64,000 bases of DNA from Candidatus Tenebribacter burtonii. Its GTDB lineage: Bacteria > Cloacimonadota > Cloacimonadia > Cloacimonadales > TCS61. The stretch lies in the NCBI GenBank assembly GCA_030765625.1, contig JAVCCF010000109.1, positions 34,991 to 98,990 on the forward strand, given 5' to 3'. The position numbers and the translations under genes were made by a program. Under the pieces are notes generated by a model that was not told where the DNA came from, searched no databases, and was given only the letters and a program-made list of their open reading frames with translations. Positions 47,548 through 57,176 of this stretch are shown here, in pieces; positions within the stretch are counted from its first letter, which is position 1, and every line of letters begins with the position of its first letter.

Positions 47548-48846
47548 ATGTCTTGGAAAAATGAATGGAAAATACTACTGTTGATTATAATGATCTTTTT
47601 GGCAGCATATTATTTGCCGGTGAATTCAACGCGTTTTCAAAATGCAGTGATGGAATCATTTCACCTGTTAAAAGAATATGCCCGTTTACATGTTCTCTTG
47701 TGTTTAATTCCGGCTTTGTTTATAGCTGGAGCAATTGGAGTGTTCATCTCCAAGAATGCTGTTATGAAATATCTGGGAGTAAAAGCTAAGCGGATTGTAG
47801 CTTATTCAGTGGCTTCTGTTTCTGGTGCAATTCTGGCAGTTTGTTCCTGCACGATATTGCCTCTTTTCAGTGGAATTTATAAACGAGGAGCTGGTATTGG
47901 TCCTGCTACCGCTTTTTTATATTCTGGTCCGGCGATCAACATTTTAGCAATTATCCTCACAGCACGTATTCTGGGAATGGAAATGGGAATTGCCAGAGCT
48001 GTGGGAGCTATCGTTTTCAGTATTGTCATCGGGCTTATTATGGGTTTTGTTTTCCGCAAAGAGGAGCAAGCCAAAGTTCAACAGCAGATGCTAATGCCGG
48101 AAGTTGATGAAGATCGCCCTTTTTGGCACAATCTAATCTTTTTTGCTTCGATGATCTTTATTTTAATTTTTGCCAACTGGGCAAAACCGGCTACAGAATC
48201 TGGGATTTGGAATACTGTTTATAGCGCAAAATGGATTATCACTTCCATTTTTGCTGTTACACTGGGAATAATACTGATAACTATATTCAAAATGAAATTC
48301 TGGAAGATTGCAATTACAACTATCGCAGTTATTATCTCCGGATTTGCTTCGGGTTGGAATCCAATGATACCTTTTGTAGTTGGTGTAATCGGACTTTCAT
48401 ATTTCACTAGTAAAGATGGGGGAGAAGTAGGGGAATGGTTTTCTTCTACTTGGGAATTTGCCAAACAGATATTACCACTTTTGTTTTTTGGAGTTCTTAT
48501 AGCAGGTTTGCTGTTAGCACGACCAGGCAATGAAGGCTTGATCCCGTCAGAATGGATTTCTAAACTGGTTGGAGGAAACTCGATCTGGGCAAATTTCTTC
48601 GCCTCCATTGTGGGAGCATTCATGTATTTTGCAACGCTCACAGAAGTTCCAATTCTACAGGGATTAATGGGAAACGGTATGGGAAAAGGTCCGGCACTGG
48701 CTTTACTTTTAGCTGGCCCTGCATTATCACTTCCAAATATGCTTGTAATTCGTAGTGTGATGGGAATTAAGAAAACTGTCGTTTTTGTTTCGCTAGTTGT
48801 AATTATGGCAACTTTTACAGGTGTAATATTTGGTGCGATCGTATGA
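47548..48846 (+). CDS. DUF318/ArsP-like permease
   Basis: Polytopic membrane protein with the family motif AVCSCTILPLFSGIYKRGAGIGPATAFLYSGPAINILAI. Confidence 0.75.
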   Translation: MSWKNEWKILLLIIMIFLAAYYLPVNSTRFQNAVMESFHLLKEYARLHVLLCLIPALFIAGAIGVFISKNAVMKYLGVKAKRIVAYSVASVSGAILAVCSCTILPLFSGIYKRGAGIGPATAFLYSGPAINILAIILTARILGMEMGIARAVGAIVFSIVIGLIMGFVFRKEEQAKVQQQMLMPEVDEDRPFWHNLIFFASMIFILIFANWAKPATESGIWNTVYSAKWIITSIFAVTLGIILITIFKMKFWKIAITTIAVIISGFASGWNPMIPFVVGVIGLSYFTSKDGGEVGEWFSSTWEFAKQILPLLFFGVLIAGLLLARPGNEGLIPSEWISKLVGGNSIWANFFASIVGAFMYFATLTEVPILQGLMGNGMGKGPALALLLAGPALSLPNMLVIRSVMGIKKTVVFVSLVVIMATFTGVIFGAIV

Positions 48847-48859
48847 TGGAAATTTACCA

Positions 48860-49561
48860 ATGCTAGAATTATTTGAAAAATTAACTATGACACTTTACGG
48901 TAACCCGGGTATTGCGATTGGAGCCAGTTTTTTGTGGGGAATACTGAGCATTCTTATCAGTCCCTGCCATCTGGCAAGTATACCAATTGTAATTGCCTTT
49001 ATTAACGAACAAAAGGGTATTTCCACAAAAAAAGCATTTTTAATTTCACTTAATTTCTCTTTGGGGATTCTGATAACACTTCTCATGGCAGGGGTCATTG
49101 CCTCTTTTGCAGGTTTATTACTGGGCAGCTTTGACACGGTTTTACGCATAATCGTAAGCATTTTATTTTTGCTGGTTGGTTTATATTTTTTAGGTATCGT
49201 CCCTATGCCAAACCTTGCCTCAGGTAAAGATTACAGAGTAAAAAATCGTCTTTACTTGAGCGGATTAATACTCGGTTTAGTTTTTGGTCTGGCATTGGGA
49301 CCTTGTGCTCTGGCTTTCATGGCACCGATCCTGGGAATTGCTATGTCATCAATTTCCACACAATTATTGTATAGCGTAGGATTAATCTTGGCATTTATTC
49401 TCGGACATTGCGGCTTTCTGGTTTTAGCAGGAACTTTTACAGAAATTGTGAAAAAATATTTGTCATGGAACGTAGCATCAAGGGGTACACAGATGCTGAG
49501 AAAAATTTGTGGAGTGCTTATAACTTTAGGTGCGATTATTACATTTATAAAAGTTATATAG
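48860..49561 (+). CDS. ccdA: CcdA/DsbD-family transmembrane thiol-disulfide electron transporter
   Basis: Six-TM protein with the two conserved Cys-Pro contexts LISPCHLASIP and ALGPCALAFMAP. Confidence 0.8.
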   Translation: MLELFEKLTMTLYGNPGIAIGASFLWGILSILISPCHLASIPIVIAFINEQKGISTKKAFLISLNFSLGILITLLMAGVIASFAGLLLGSFDTVLRIIVSILFLLVGLYFLGIVPMPNLASGKDYRVKNRLYLSGLILGLVFGLALGPCALAFMAPILGIAMSSISTQLLYSVGLILAFILGHCGFLVLAGTFTEIVKKYLSWNVASRGTQMLRKICGVLITLGAIITFIKVI

Positions 49562-49575
49562 AAATGGAGATAAAA

Positions 49576-49806
49576 ATGAATATTAAAATTTTGGGAAGCG
49601 GCTGTGTAAAATGTAAAAAATTATATGCAAACGTTAAGGTAGCGTTAAAAGAATCAAAGATCAAGGCTACACTGGAGAAGGTGGAAGACATTAACCAGAT
49701 AATCGATTATGGGGTGATGATGACACCGGGACTGGTTATTAATGAAATAGTTGTGTCAGTGGGGAAAGTGATAAACCCAAAGGACATTATTAAATTGATC
49801 TCGTGA
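49576..49806 (+). CDS. small thioredoxin-fold protein (redox-active disulfide protein 2 type)
   Basis: MNIKILGSGCVKCKKLY carries the GxGCxxC motif typical of this ~76-aa family. ggag lies 6 nt upstream of the ATG. Confidence 0.8.
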   Translation: MNIKILGSGCVKCKKLYANVKVALKESKIKATLEKVEDINQIIDYGVMMTPGLVINEIVVSVGKVINPKDIIKLIS

Positions 49807-49817
49807 GAAGGATAACT

Positions 49818-50207
49818 ATGAAAGACATAATAGCTATAACAATACTTCTTTTACTTGTTTCTTTCTGCTCTGCGGAGGAAACAGCACAGGATTCAACAAC
49901 GATCTTACCTAAGATCACGTTTTTGGAGATGGGTTCCCTTATCTGTATTCCCTGCAAAATGATGGAAGAAGTTCTGGTATCTATCGAAGAAAAATATGGC
50001 GATCAGATTGAAGTTAATTTTCATGATGTGAAAAAAGATAATGCAATTGCAGTAAAATATAAAGTGAAAATGATTCCCACTCAAGTATTTCTGGATGAAA
50101 ATGGAGTGGAGATTCATCGGCATGTTGGGTTTTATCCTGAAGAAAAGATTGATGAATTTCTGCAGGAACAGGGATTGAAAATAATTCGTAGTTCCAAGGA
50201 TGAATGA
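49818..50207 (+). CDS. exported thioredoxin-family protein
   Basis: Signal/lipoprotein-like N-terminus (ITILLLLVSFCSA) and a thioredoxin fold with the redox motif LICIPCKMM and PTQVF. Confidence 0.8.
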   Translation: MKDIIAITILLLLVSFCSAEETAQDSTTILPKITFLEMGSLICIPCKMMEEVLVSIEEKYGDQIEVNFHDVKKDNAIAVKYKVKMIPTQVFLDENGVEIHRHVGFYPEEKIDEFLQEQGLKIIRSSKDE

Positions 50208-50228
50208 TGGAACTATTTACATTATTTT

Positions 50229-51944
50229 CTAAAGAAATATATTCATTATTCCACCAACAAGCAATGTTGCAAAAACCATTATTGCCGACGATTTGAGCAT
50301 GTCTTTTATGCCAAGTTCTTTTAGTAAAACTGTAAATGTAGCGATGCAGGGAAAATACATAGTTAACACAACCGAAGCAATAACTAGTTGTCCCATATTC
50401 ATATTGAGTGGGCTCAACATTCCAATAGCAACATCTTTACGCAGGAAACCAACAATGAGAGCACCGACAGCTTCTTTTGGTAATCCCAGAATTCCAGTGA
50501 TGATCGGTTCAGTGAGTTTTCCAATAAAATCTATAATATGAAGAGCATAAAGCAAATTCATGAAAAGTACACCTAACAGCATAAAAGGAATAGCTTCTTT
50601 AATGAATGCCCAGACCCTCATCCAGAGTTTTTTCATTAATACTCTGAAACTGGGAAGTCGATAAGGCGGAATCTCAATAAAAATTTCAGGACTTTCTCCT
50701 TTCATGATCTTATTTAGAAAGAATCCTAATAAAACCCAGACCAAGAAGAGAGTTCCAAAAACTAACGATAAAGCAAATGCTCCGTGTTTTCCGACCAGTC
50801 CAACTACCATTGCCAATTGTGCAAAACAGGGAACAGCAATAGCCATCATTGTGGAAGCAATAAATCTTTCACGTTTGGTTTCCAATATTCTTGCGGCCAT
50901 TGCTCCCGGAACATTACAACCAAGCCCCAACAGCATTGGAACAATTGCCAATCCGTGAATTCCCAACTTATGCATAAAATTATCTACAAGTATACCTAAA
51001 CGGGGAAGATACCCTGAATCTTCTAAAAAACTTAAGATCAAATAAAAACCAATAATGTACGGCAATACCATGGCAATAGGTACGAAAAGTCCTGTAGTAA
51101 GCAAGCCTAGTGATTCCACGAAGTCTATTTGTCCATCTACTAAATTACCAATAACTACATGATGAATAACTCCCTTACCTCCAAGAATAGTTGAAAGTTT
51201 CATCATTATAGGAGCCCAGATATTATTGAATAAAGGTTCAAACACATAGGAAATAAGTGATTCACCAATAAACCGTATAATCGAAAAAGCAGCCAATAAA
51301 ATTATCAATGAGATTGGAATTCCCCAAAAACGGTGAATAGATGCATCACCCAGTCTTTCTCCAAAGGTATGATGACGGTGCTTTAATTCCTGTACTACCT
51401 CAATAATTTTACCTATTGCATGCCATTTATCTTTAAAAGTAAATTTGCTGAGTTTTGCTTTATTAAAGCAGGAAACAAGATGTTTTATCCCTTCGCCAGT
51501 AATACCTGTGGTTGGAACAACAGGGACACCCAGTATTTGTTCTAATTTTTCTACATCGATCTCAACACCGGTATGTTTAGCCTCATCCCACATATTTAAG
51601 CAGACTACAAGTGGGATTTTTTTCTTGATAAGTTCCAAAGTGAGTGCAAGATTTCTCTCCAAATTTGTTGAGTCGATCACATTTACAAAAATATTTCCAT
51701 CTTCTTCTTTAAAATTGTTGATCATCTCAGCTGCTACTTGTTCTGCTTTGGAATCTGGTGATAACGAATAAGTGCCGGGAATATCCAAGATTTCTGCTTT
51801 CTCAGAGCCAATTCGCATAGTTCCTTTTGTATATTCTACTGTAGTTCCAGAATAATTGGAGGCAACTACATGCACACCGGTAAGTCTAGAGAAAACGACA
51901 CTTTTTCCCACATTTGGATTGCCGACAAGTAAGACTTTTTTCAT
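50229..51944 (-). CDS. feoB: ferrous iron transporter FeoB
   Basis: N-terminal G-domain VLLVGNPNVGKSVVFSRLTG, DIPGTYSL and a polytopic gate region. Confidence 0.9.
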   Translation of the reverse strand: MKKVLLVGNPNVGKSVVFSRLTGVHVVASNYSGTTVEYTKGTMRIGSEKAEILDIPGTYSLSPDSKAEQVAAEMINNFKEEDGNIFVNVIDSTNLERNLALTLELIKKKIPLVVCLNMWDEAKHTGVEIDVEKLEQILGVPVVPTTGITGEGIKHLVSCFNKAKLSKFTFKDKWHAIGKIIEVVQELKHRHHTFGERLGDASIHRFWGIPISLIILLAAFSIIRFIGESLISYVFEPLFNNIWAPIMMKLSTILGGKGVIHHVVIGNLVDGQIDFVESLGLLTTGLFVPIAMVLPYIIGFYLILSFLEDSGYLPRLGILVDNFMHKLGIHGLAIVPMLLGLGCNVPGAMAARILETKRERFIASTMMAIAVPCFAQLAMVVGLVGKHGAFALSLVFGTLFLVWVLLGFFLNKIMKGESPEIFIEIPPYRLPSFRVLMKKLWMRVWAFIKEAIPFMLLGVLFMNLLYALHIIDFIGKLTEPIITGILGLPKEAVGALIVGFLRKDVAIGMLSPLNMNMGQLVIASVVLTMYFPCIATFTVLLKELGIKDMLKSSAIMVFATLLVGGIMNIFL

Positions 51945-51948
51945 GCTG

Positions 51949-52230
51949 CTATTCTAAAATTATACGCATAGCCATTCTATGCCCAATGGCTATTTGAGTT
52001 TGACCAACTTTCACAGTTATCGGTCCACTCATCATTTGAGATGATATTTTTGTGATCTGTACACCTTCTCGGATACCAAGAGATTCAGCCCTATTAATGA
52101 AATTCCTTCCACCCAAAATATCTTTTATCTTTGCTACTTCTCCGTTTTTTAAAGCATGAATTGTTTTTAAATCATTACAATCATGATGGTGACCGTGGTG
52201 TCGATGCGCCTTATCAAATAGTTTATTCAT
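51949..52230 (-). CDS. feoA: FeoA with His-rich N-terminal extension
   Basis: FeoA SH3-like core LKNGEVAKIKDILGG...LGIREGVQITK, preceded by AHRHHGHHHDCND. Confidence 0.85.
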   Translation of the reverse strand: MNKLFDKAHRHHGHHHDCNDLKTIHALKNGEVAKIKDILGGRNFINRAESLGIREGVQITKISSQMMSGPITVKVGQTQIAIGHRMAMRIILE

Positions 52231-52673
52231 TATGATTGTTCCTTATTTTTTTGACAGTTTTCACAAAGACCTCGTGCACCAAGATTATATTCGGAGATCT
52301 TGAATTTTTTTTTCTCGGCTAATTGATTGATAAGCTCTGCTACATCATTAAATCCTGATTCAATAATTTTACCACAATTTACACAGATAAAATGCAGGTG
52401 ATTTTCATGACCATATGTATGTTCATAAATATCTTTTGATTCACAGCGGAGAGATTGTTTTATCAAGCCTGATTCAACTAAAAGAGGAACTGTTCTATAT
52501 ATTGTGGCACGCGAAACATTTTTGTGTTTTTTTCTGATCTGTTCATAAAGGTCATCAACATTGAAATGTTCATGGTTTTCAAATACAGCTTCCATAATAA
52601 TAAGACGTGGCTTTGTAAATTTAAGATCCTTAGATTTCAAAAATTCCCGATAAAGCTCTCTCTCTTTTTTCAT
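52230..52673 (-). CDS. fur: Fur-family metal-dependent repressor
   Basis: FTKPRLIIMEAVF...SRATIYRTVPLLVESGLI winged helix, the HxH metal site (HTYGHENHLH) and CxxC pairs (CVNCG, CENCQ). The start is placed at Met18 (52673). Confidence 0.85.
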   Translation of the reverse strand: MKKERELYREFLKSKDLKFTKPRLIIMEAVFENHEHFNVDDLYEQIRKKHKNVSRATIYRTVPLLVESGLIKQSLRCESKDIYEHTYGHENHLHFICVNCGKIIESGFNDVAELINQLAEKKKFKISEYNLGARGLCENCQKNKEQS

Positions 52674-52741
52674 ATTCTTTTCCCTCCTGCAAATCAGGAA
52701 AACATACAAAATAAGAGAGGTCAATTAGTCAAGCACTTTAA

Positions 52742-52756
52742 TGAGAATGAATCTCA
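52742..52756 (-). promoter_or_regulatory. candidate Fur box (7-1-7)
   Basis: TGAGAAT-g-AATCTCA is a near-palindrome resembling TGATAAT-n-ATTATCA. It lies about 70 nt upstream of the fur-feoA-feoB operon start. Confidence 0.45.
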
Positions 52757-52792
52757 ACTGCACAGATTAGTGTTATCAGCTTAAGATTTTAT

Positions 52793-53872
52793 TTATAAAT
52801 GATATAAATATTTATTATTCAAAGTTCTATATTTTCTTAGTAAATTTGCTGTCATGCAAGAATGAACAGGAATGATTCCAACTAAATCGCCAATGGAAAT
52901 CTCAGTTATTAATTCATCACTTGCTTGTATTATTCCATGTTCTTGCGAAAGAAAAATTAACTTAGATATTTTTGCAGGTTTCTGCCAGCCTGTTTTATTT
53001 AACATAACAACCTGCCCGAAATTCTTCTTTCCTTTCTGCATTATAAATTCTTTAGAAAGATGGATTCCACCACCATAGATGACGATCTCATTTCTTTCTA
53101 CGTTAATATCCACTACTGGGCAAGCTACACAAACAGCAATATCGGTTAGATCGCAAACTCCCAAATTGTATTGCATAAAATCAAAAAAGACAAAATTACC
53201 TGGGCGGATCTCGTCAATATCTCCAAAATTTTCAGCCAGATTGCAGGAAGGAGTATCTCCGATGGATGTTATAAGTCCGGGAAATTCTGAATTGAATTTA
53301 TTTTTAAGTGCACTCATTTTATTGATAGTATCCTGATGAATATTGAGGATTTCCTCTGAGGAATGCGCTTGATATGTATGACCGGCATGTGTGAGAAATC
53401 CTTTAAAATTGTGTTGTTCTTTTAGAATTGTAATCACCTCATTCATTTGCAAAATATCTTCAACCTGAATTCCTGAACGGTGATATCCAGTATCTATCTC
53501 GATGAAATAATTCAATTGTTTGTTTGTTATTTCAATTAATTTTTCAGCACTTTCTTTTGATGAAATAAGAATATTAAGTTTTATTTTTTTTGCCAGATTC
53601 TCAATTTTGACTATCTCTAATGGATTAAATGGAAATGCAATTGTGATATTTTTCCAGTTTGCACTGGCAAAATACATTGCCATCTCAACAGAAGAGACTG
53701 TGATCTTATCAACTCCGAATTCTTTAAATATCTCTCCGATTTCAATTGATTGATGTGTTTTAAAATGAGGTCGAAAAATTAGATCATTCTCTTTAGCTTT
53801 ATCAGCCATTCTCTTAATATTATTTTTACATTTTTGCAGATCTAACAGCAAAGTTGGTTTAGAGATTTTCAT
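52793..53872 (-). CDS. PLP-dependent D-threonine aldolase / D-serine dehydratase-like enzyme (alanine racemase N-terminal fold)
   Basis: PTLLLDLQKCKNNIKRMA...LIFRPHFKTHQS carries the RPHxKTH lysine motif of the DSD1/D-TA family. The start is placed at Met23 to avoid overlapping deoB. Confidence 0.7.
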   Translation of the reverse strand: MKISKPTLLLDLQKCKNNIKRMADKAKENDLIFRPHFKTHQSIEIGEIFKEFGVDKITVSSVEMAMYFASANWKNITIAFPFNPLEIVKIENLAKKIKLNILISSKESAEKLIEITNKQLNYFIEIDTGYHRSGIQVEDILQMNEVITILKEQHNFKGFLTHAGHTYQAHSSEEILNIHQDTINKMSALKNKFNSEFPGLITSIGDTPSCNLAENFGDIDEIRPGNFVFFDFMQYNLGVCDLTDIAVCVACPVVDINVERNEIVIYGGGIHLSKEFIMQKGKKNFGQVVMLNKTGWQKPAKISKLIFLSQEHGIIQASDELITEISIGDLVGIIPVHSCMTANLLRKYRTLNNKYLYHL

Positions 53873-53885
53873 TGATTTAATAGTA

Positions 53886-55061
53886 TTATAAAAAAGAGAT
53901 CCCACGAGGATATCCGAATATTCCAAAGAAATCTGCAACTGAAGCAGCTACATCAGAGAACTGATCTCGGATTCCCAAATTTACAACTTCGGATTTTTTT
54001 TGGTAACAGAGAAGCGGTACGTATTCTCTTGTATGATCAGTTCCTTCAAAGGTTGGATCGCAACCATGATCTGCTGTAATTATAAGGAGTTCATCCTCTC
54101 TCAAGATATCCAGAAGTTTACCTAAATGTCTATCGATCTTTTCAACTTCATCGTAGTAACCTTGAGGATTTCTCCGGTGACCGTAGAGCATATCAGTATC
54201 AACATAATTTACGAATATGAATTCATCACCTTCTGCAGGTTTACTTAAAAGTTCTTCAGTTCTTTTGATGCATGCATCATTACCTTTATCATGATATGAT
54301 TCAGTAATACTTTTTTCCAGAAAAATATCTCCGATCTTTCCAATCCCCACAGTATTTATGCTTTCTTTGTGTAAGAAATCAAAGATGGTTTCACCTTTAT
54401 AATTTATGGTATAATCTTTTCTGTTCTTTGTTCGTGTAAAATTACCAGGCTTTCCAACGAAAGGTCTGGCGATAACCCGTCCAATATTATATTGATCACA
54501 AAGTTTTCTTGCTTTTGTACAAATATTATAAAGTTCTTCCAATGGAACAATATCCTCATGTGCTGCAACCTGAAAAACTGAATCACCGGAAGTATAAACA
54601 ATCAATTTTCCAGTTTTGATATGCTGTCTTCCAAGCTCTTCTATTATAGCAGTTCCTGAAGCGGCTTTATTCCCAATAATTTCTTTATATGTTATACGTG
54701 TAAATTCTTCTATTAATTTATCAGGGAAAGATGGAAATTCAGGGGGAAAAGTTGTGAAGGCGGAATTAAGTTCAAGTCCCGCAAGTTCCCAGTGCCCGGT
54801 TATTGTATCTTTCCCTGGAGATTTCTCATTCATTACACCGAAACTTGCGGTAGGGCTTTTTATTGCTTTGCAGCCAGGTAGTTCATTCCCAAGGATCAAA
54901 GATGCGTTGCCTAACCCCATCTTTTTCAGAACAGTCCATTTGTCACCTTTCACCGTTTCGCAAATATGCAGAGCTGTATTTGAATTAGAATCTCCATAAT
55001 TTTCAGCATCGGGCAAAGCACCAATTCCGAAACTATCAATTATAATTATTACTGCTCTCAT
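53886..55061 (-). CDS. deoB: phosphopentomutase
   Basis: MRAVIIIIDSFGIGALPDA..., TADHGCDP and GHRRNP motifs. 391 aa. Confidence 0.9.
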   Translation of the reverse strand: MRAVIIIIDSFGIGALPDAENYGDSNSNTALHICETVKGDKWTVLKKMGLGNASLILGNELPGCKAIKSPTASFGVMNEKSPGKDTITGHWELAGLELNSAFTTFPPEFPSFPDKLIEEFTRITYKEIIGNKAASGTAIIEELGRQHIKTGKLIVYTSGDSVFQVAAHEDIVPLEELYNICTKARKLCDQYNIGRVIARPFVGKPGNFTRTKNRKDYTINYKGETIFDFLHKESINTVGIGKIGDIFLEKSITESYHDKGNDACIKRTEELLSKPAEGDEFIFVNYVDTDMLYGHRRNPQGYYDEVEKIDRHLGKLLDILREDELLIITADHGCDPTFEGTDHTREYVPLLCYQKKSEVVNLGIRDQFSDVAASVADFFGIFGYPRGISFL

Positions 55062-55365
55062 CTTTTCTCCTGTTTATTTAGATGTTTTTTAGATTATTTA
55101 AAATAATAGTGAATACTTGTTTGCGGAACATACCGATTTTTCTCCTTTATGTAAAACCCTTTGCAAAAACTTGTAATAAGAAGCTTACAAATTTGTATGA
55201 TTGAATATCCATTCATCTTCTATAATGTGAGCATTATAAGTATTTGACCGCTAATAGCTACCGTAATTTTCATCAAAAGATATATCAATATTAAGCTTAA
55301 GTATTTTCTTAGAAAGTTTTATATCTACCATTTATTCCTCTATGCTAAACAAGTTTAACAATTAC

Positions 55366-55399
55366 GCAAAAAATAGGATGAGAAAAGTTCCCATCCTAT
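55366..55399 (-). terminator. Rho-independent terminator
   Basis: Minus-strand stem ataggatg / catcctat (8 bp) with an 11-nt loop, followed by a U-run. It lies 30 nt after the stop at 55429. Confidence 0.7.
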
Positions 55400-55428
55400 T
55401 ATAATAAAACCATTAACATCCCAATAAG

Positions 55429-55824
55429 CTATTCTTCTTTTTTAGAATCTTCTTCCTGTTTATTAGTGTCTTTTTTATGTTCATTGATTACTTCTTTAGT
55501 GCCATCAACGATTCCGGAGAAAATTTCTTTAACAAAACTAGCAACTTTAGGTGCATGTTCTTTGAATGTGTCATTGATAGTAATGGCTGCTTTTTTTACA
55601 AATTCTTCTGTTGGCGGTTTCGCTTTTTCAAAACCTTCTTTAGCACCTTCCAGAGCTTCTTTTGCCAGTTTCTGAGCTTTTTCTTTATTGTTCAAATCCT
55701 CAGTTTTGATAGTCGAAATTATTTCCTTAGTTACATTTCCAACGGTCGTTACAACATCTTCCCCAGCGTGAACAGCTTTTATGACTGCATCTCGAACGAT
55801 TTTACTCACTTTTTTTTCTTCCAT
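55429..55824 (-). CDS. hypothetical Lys/Glu-rich helical protein
   Basis: 131-aa ORF, highly charged and with amphipathic-helix character. It overlaps the end of cca by 19 nt. Confidence 0.5.
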   Translation of the reverse strand: MEEKKVSKIVRDAVIKAVHAGEDVVTTVGNVTKEIISTIKTEDLNNKEKAQKLAKEALEGAKEGFEKAKPPTEEFVKKAAITINDTFKEHAPKVASFVKEIFSGIVDGTKEVINEHKKDTNKQEEDSKKEE

Positions 55825-57170
55825 AATTCCTCCCCAAGTCTTATTTCTTTTAATATTTCAGTTTTATTCCAAAGTGGATGCATTAACCAAATTTCATAAG
55901 CTTTATCTAAAATTCTTCCAATATTTTGTCCTTCACTCATTTCAAAATGTAACATAATATCTCTTCCTGTTACTGGCAACTTTTTTCCATTTATTTTTTT
56001 CAAGTTGGAAGTTATTCGCAATTTCAGGTTAGGTATCTGGTTTGGAAGATTGTAGTCTTTTGCATGAGAAATATTATCGGCATGAATAAGCGATAGTAAT
56101 GGTTCCAGCTCGGAATCCATTTGGAAGATCAAACGACGTACTGCTACATCAGAGAAATTTTTAAGTGTATCACCAAATGCTTTTAGACGCATATGATTTT
56201 TTATAAGTTTGCAAACTTTTGTAATTGTTTCCTTTGGAAATTTAAGATGGTTTAGTATCTTTTGGGCTCGCTTTGCACTAGCAATTTCATGCCGGTAGAA
56301 ATGTACACCTTTTTTGTCTTCTGTTCTAGTCTGCGGTTTAGCAATATCATGTAAAAGGGCAGAAAGTCGTAACACAATATCTTCGGGAGTATTTTGTAGA
56401 ACCTGAAGTGAATGTTCAAGCATATCTTTGTCATGATATTTGTTTTGCTGTGCACCATTAAGTAAAACAATTTCCGGAATTATATATTGCATAATTCCAG
56501 TTTGCACCAGTATTCTAATTCCACCAGCAGGAGCAGGAGAAAGAAGAATTTTAATTAGTTCATCCCTGATCCTTTCACGGGAAATATTTTCTATCATTTT
56601 AGCATTCCGAATTATTCCGTTCATTGTACTTTCTTCAATAATAAAATCTAATTGCACAGCAAAACGGACAGCACGTAACATTCTAAGCGGGTCTTCTTCA
56701 AAGATGATATTTGGTTGTGATGTTGCGCGAATTATCTTAGCTTTGATATCATCAATACCTTTATTTGTAATATCTTGTATTTTATTATCCATCACATTCA
56801 TGATAAGTGAATTCATTGTGAAATCACGACGGTAAATATCTTCAGTAATAGTACCTTGAATAACATCCGGTTTGCGACTTTTATCGCGATATGATTCTTT
56901 CCGCGTCATCACAAACTCGATTTTATGCCCAGAAATAACTAGCTGTGCTGTGCCAAATCGATAAAATATTACCGGTCGTGAAGAGATTCCTTTTTTAAAT
57001 AAAAATTGAGCTAAATTGATTCCACCATTTGGGAGTGAAACAACAATATCAAGATCATTACTCTTTTTTTTCATGATTTTATCACGTACAAATCCACCTG
57101 CAATGAATGTATTATTCTCAAATTCTGTTTGGCGAATTGCATTCGCTATAATTACAATTACTTTATTCAT
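55806..57170 (-). CDS. cca: CCA-adding tRNA nucleotidyltransferase (PolyA_pol head + HD domain)
   Basis: GGFVRDKIMKKKSNDLDIVV nucleotidyltransferase motif, RRDFTMNS, and an HD region (LLHDIAKP). Confidence 0.8.
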   Translation of the reverse strand: MNKVIVIIANAIRQTEFENNTFIAGGFVRDKIMKKKSNDLDIVVSLPNGGINLAQFLFKKGISSRPVIFYRFGTAQLVISGHKIEFVMTRKESYRDKSRKPDVIQGTITEDIYRRDFTMNSLIMNVMDNKIQDITNKGIDDIKAKIIRATSQPNIIFEEDPLRMLRAVRFAVQLDFIIEESTMNGIIRNAKMIENISRERIRDELIKILLSPAPAGGIRILVQTGIMQYIIPEIVLLNGAQQNKYHDKDMLEHSLQVLQNTPEDIVLRLSALLHDIAKPQTRTEDKKGVHFYRHEIASAKRAQKILNHLKFPKETITKVCKLIKNHMRLKAFGDTLKNFSDVAVRRLIFQMDSELEPLLSLIHADNISHAKDYNLPNQIPNLKLRITSNLKKINGKKLPVTGRDIMLHFEMSEGQNIGRILDKAYEIWLMHPLWNKTEILKEIRLGEELWKKKK

Positions 57171-57176
57171 TATTCT

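Noticed and set aside
55250-55330. 26-codon ORF (MVDIKLSKKILKLNIDISFDENYGSY) with a gaggaa site upstream of deoB, as a possible leader peptide
   Set aside because: It is too short, has no recognisable attenuator structure, and its conservation cannot be assessed here.
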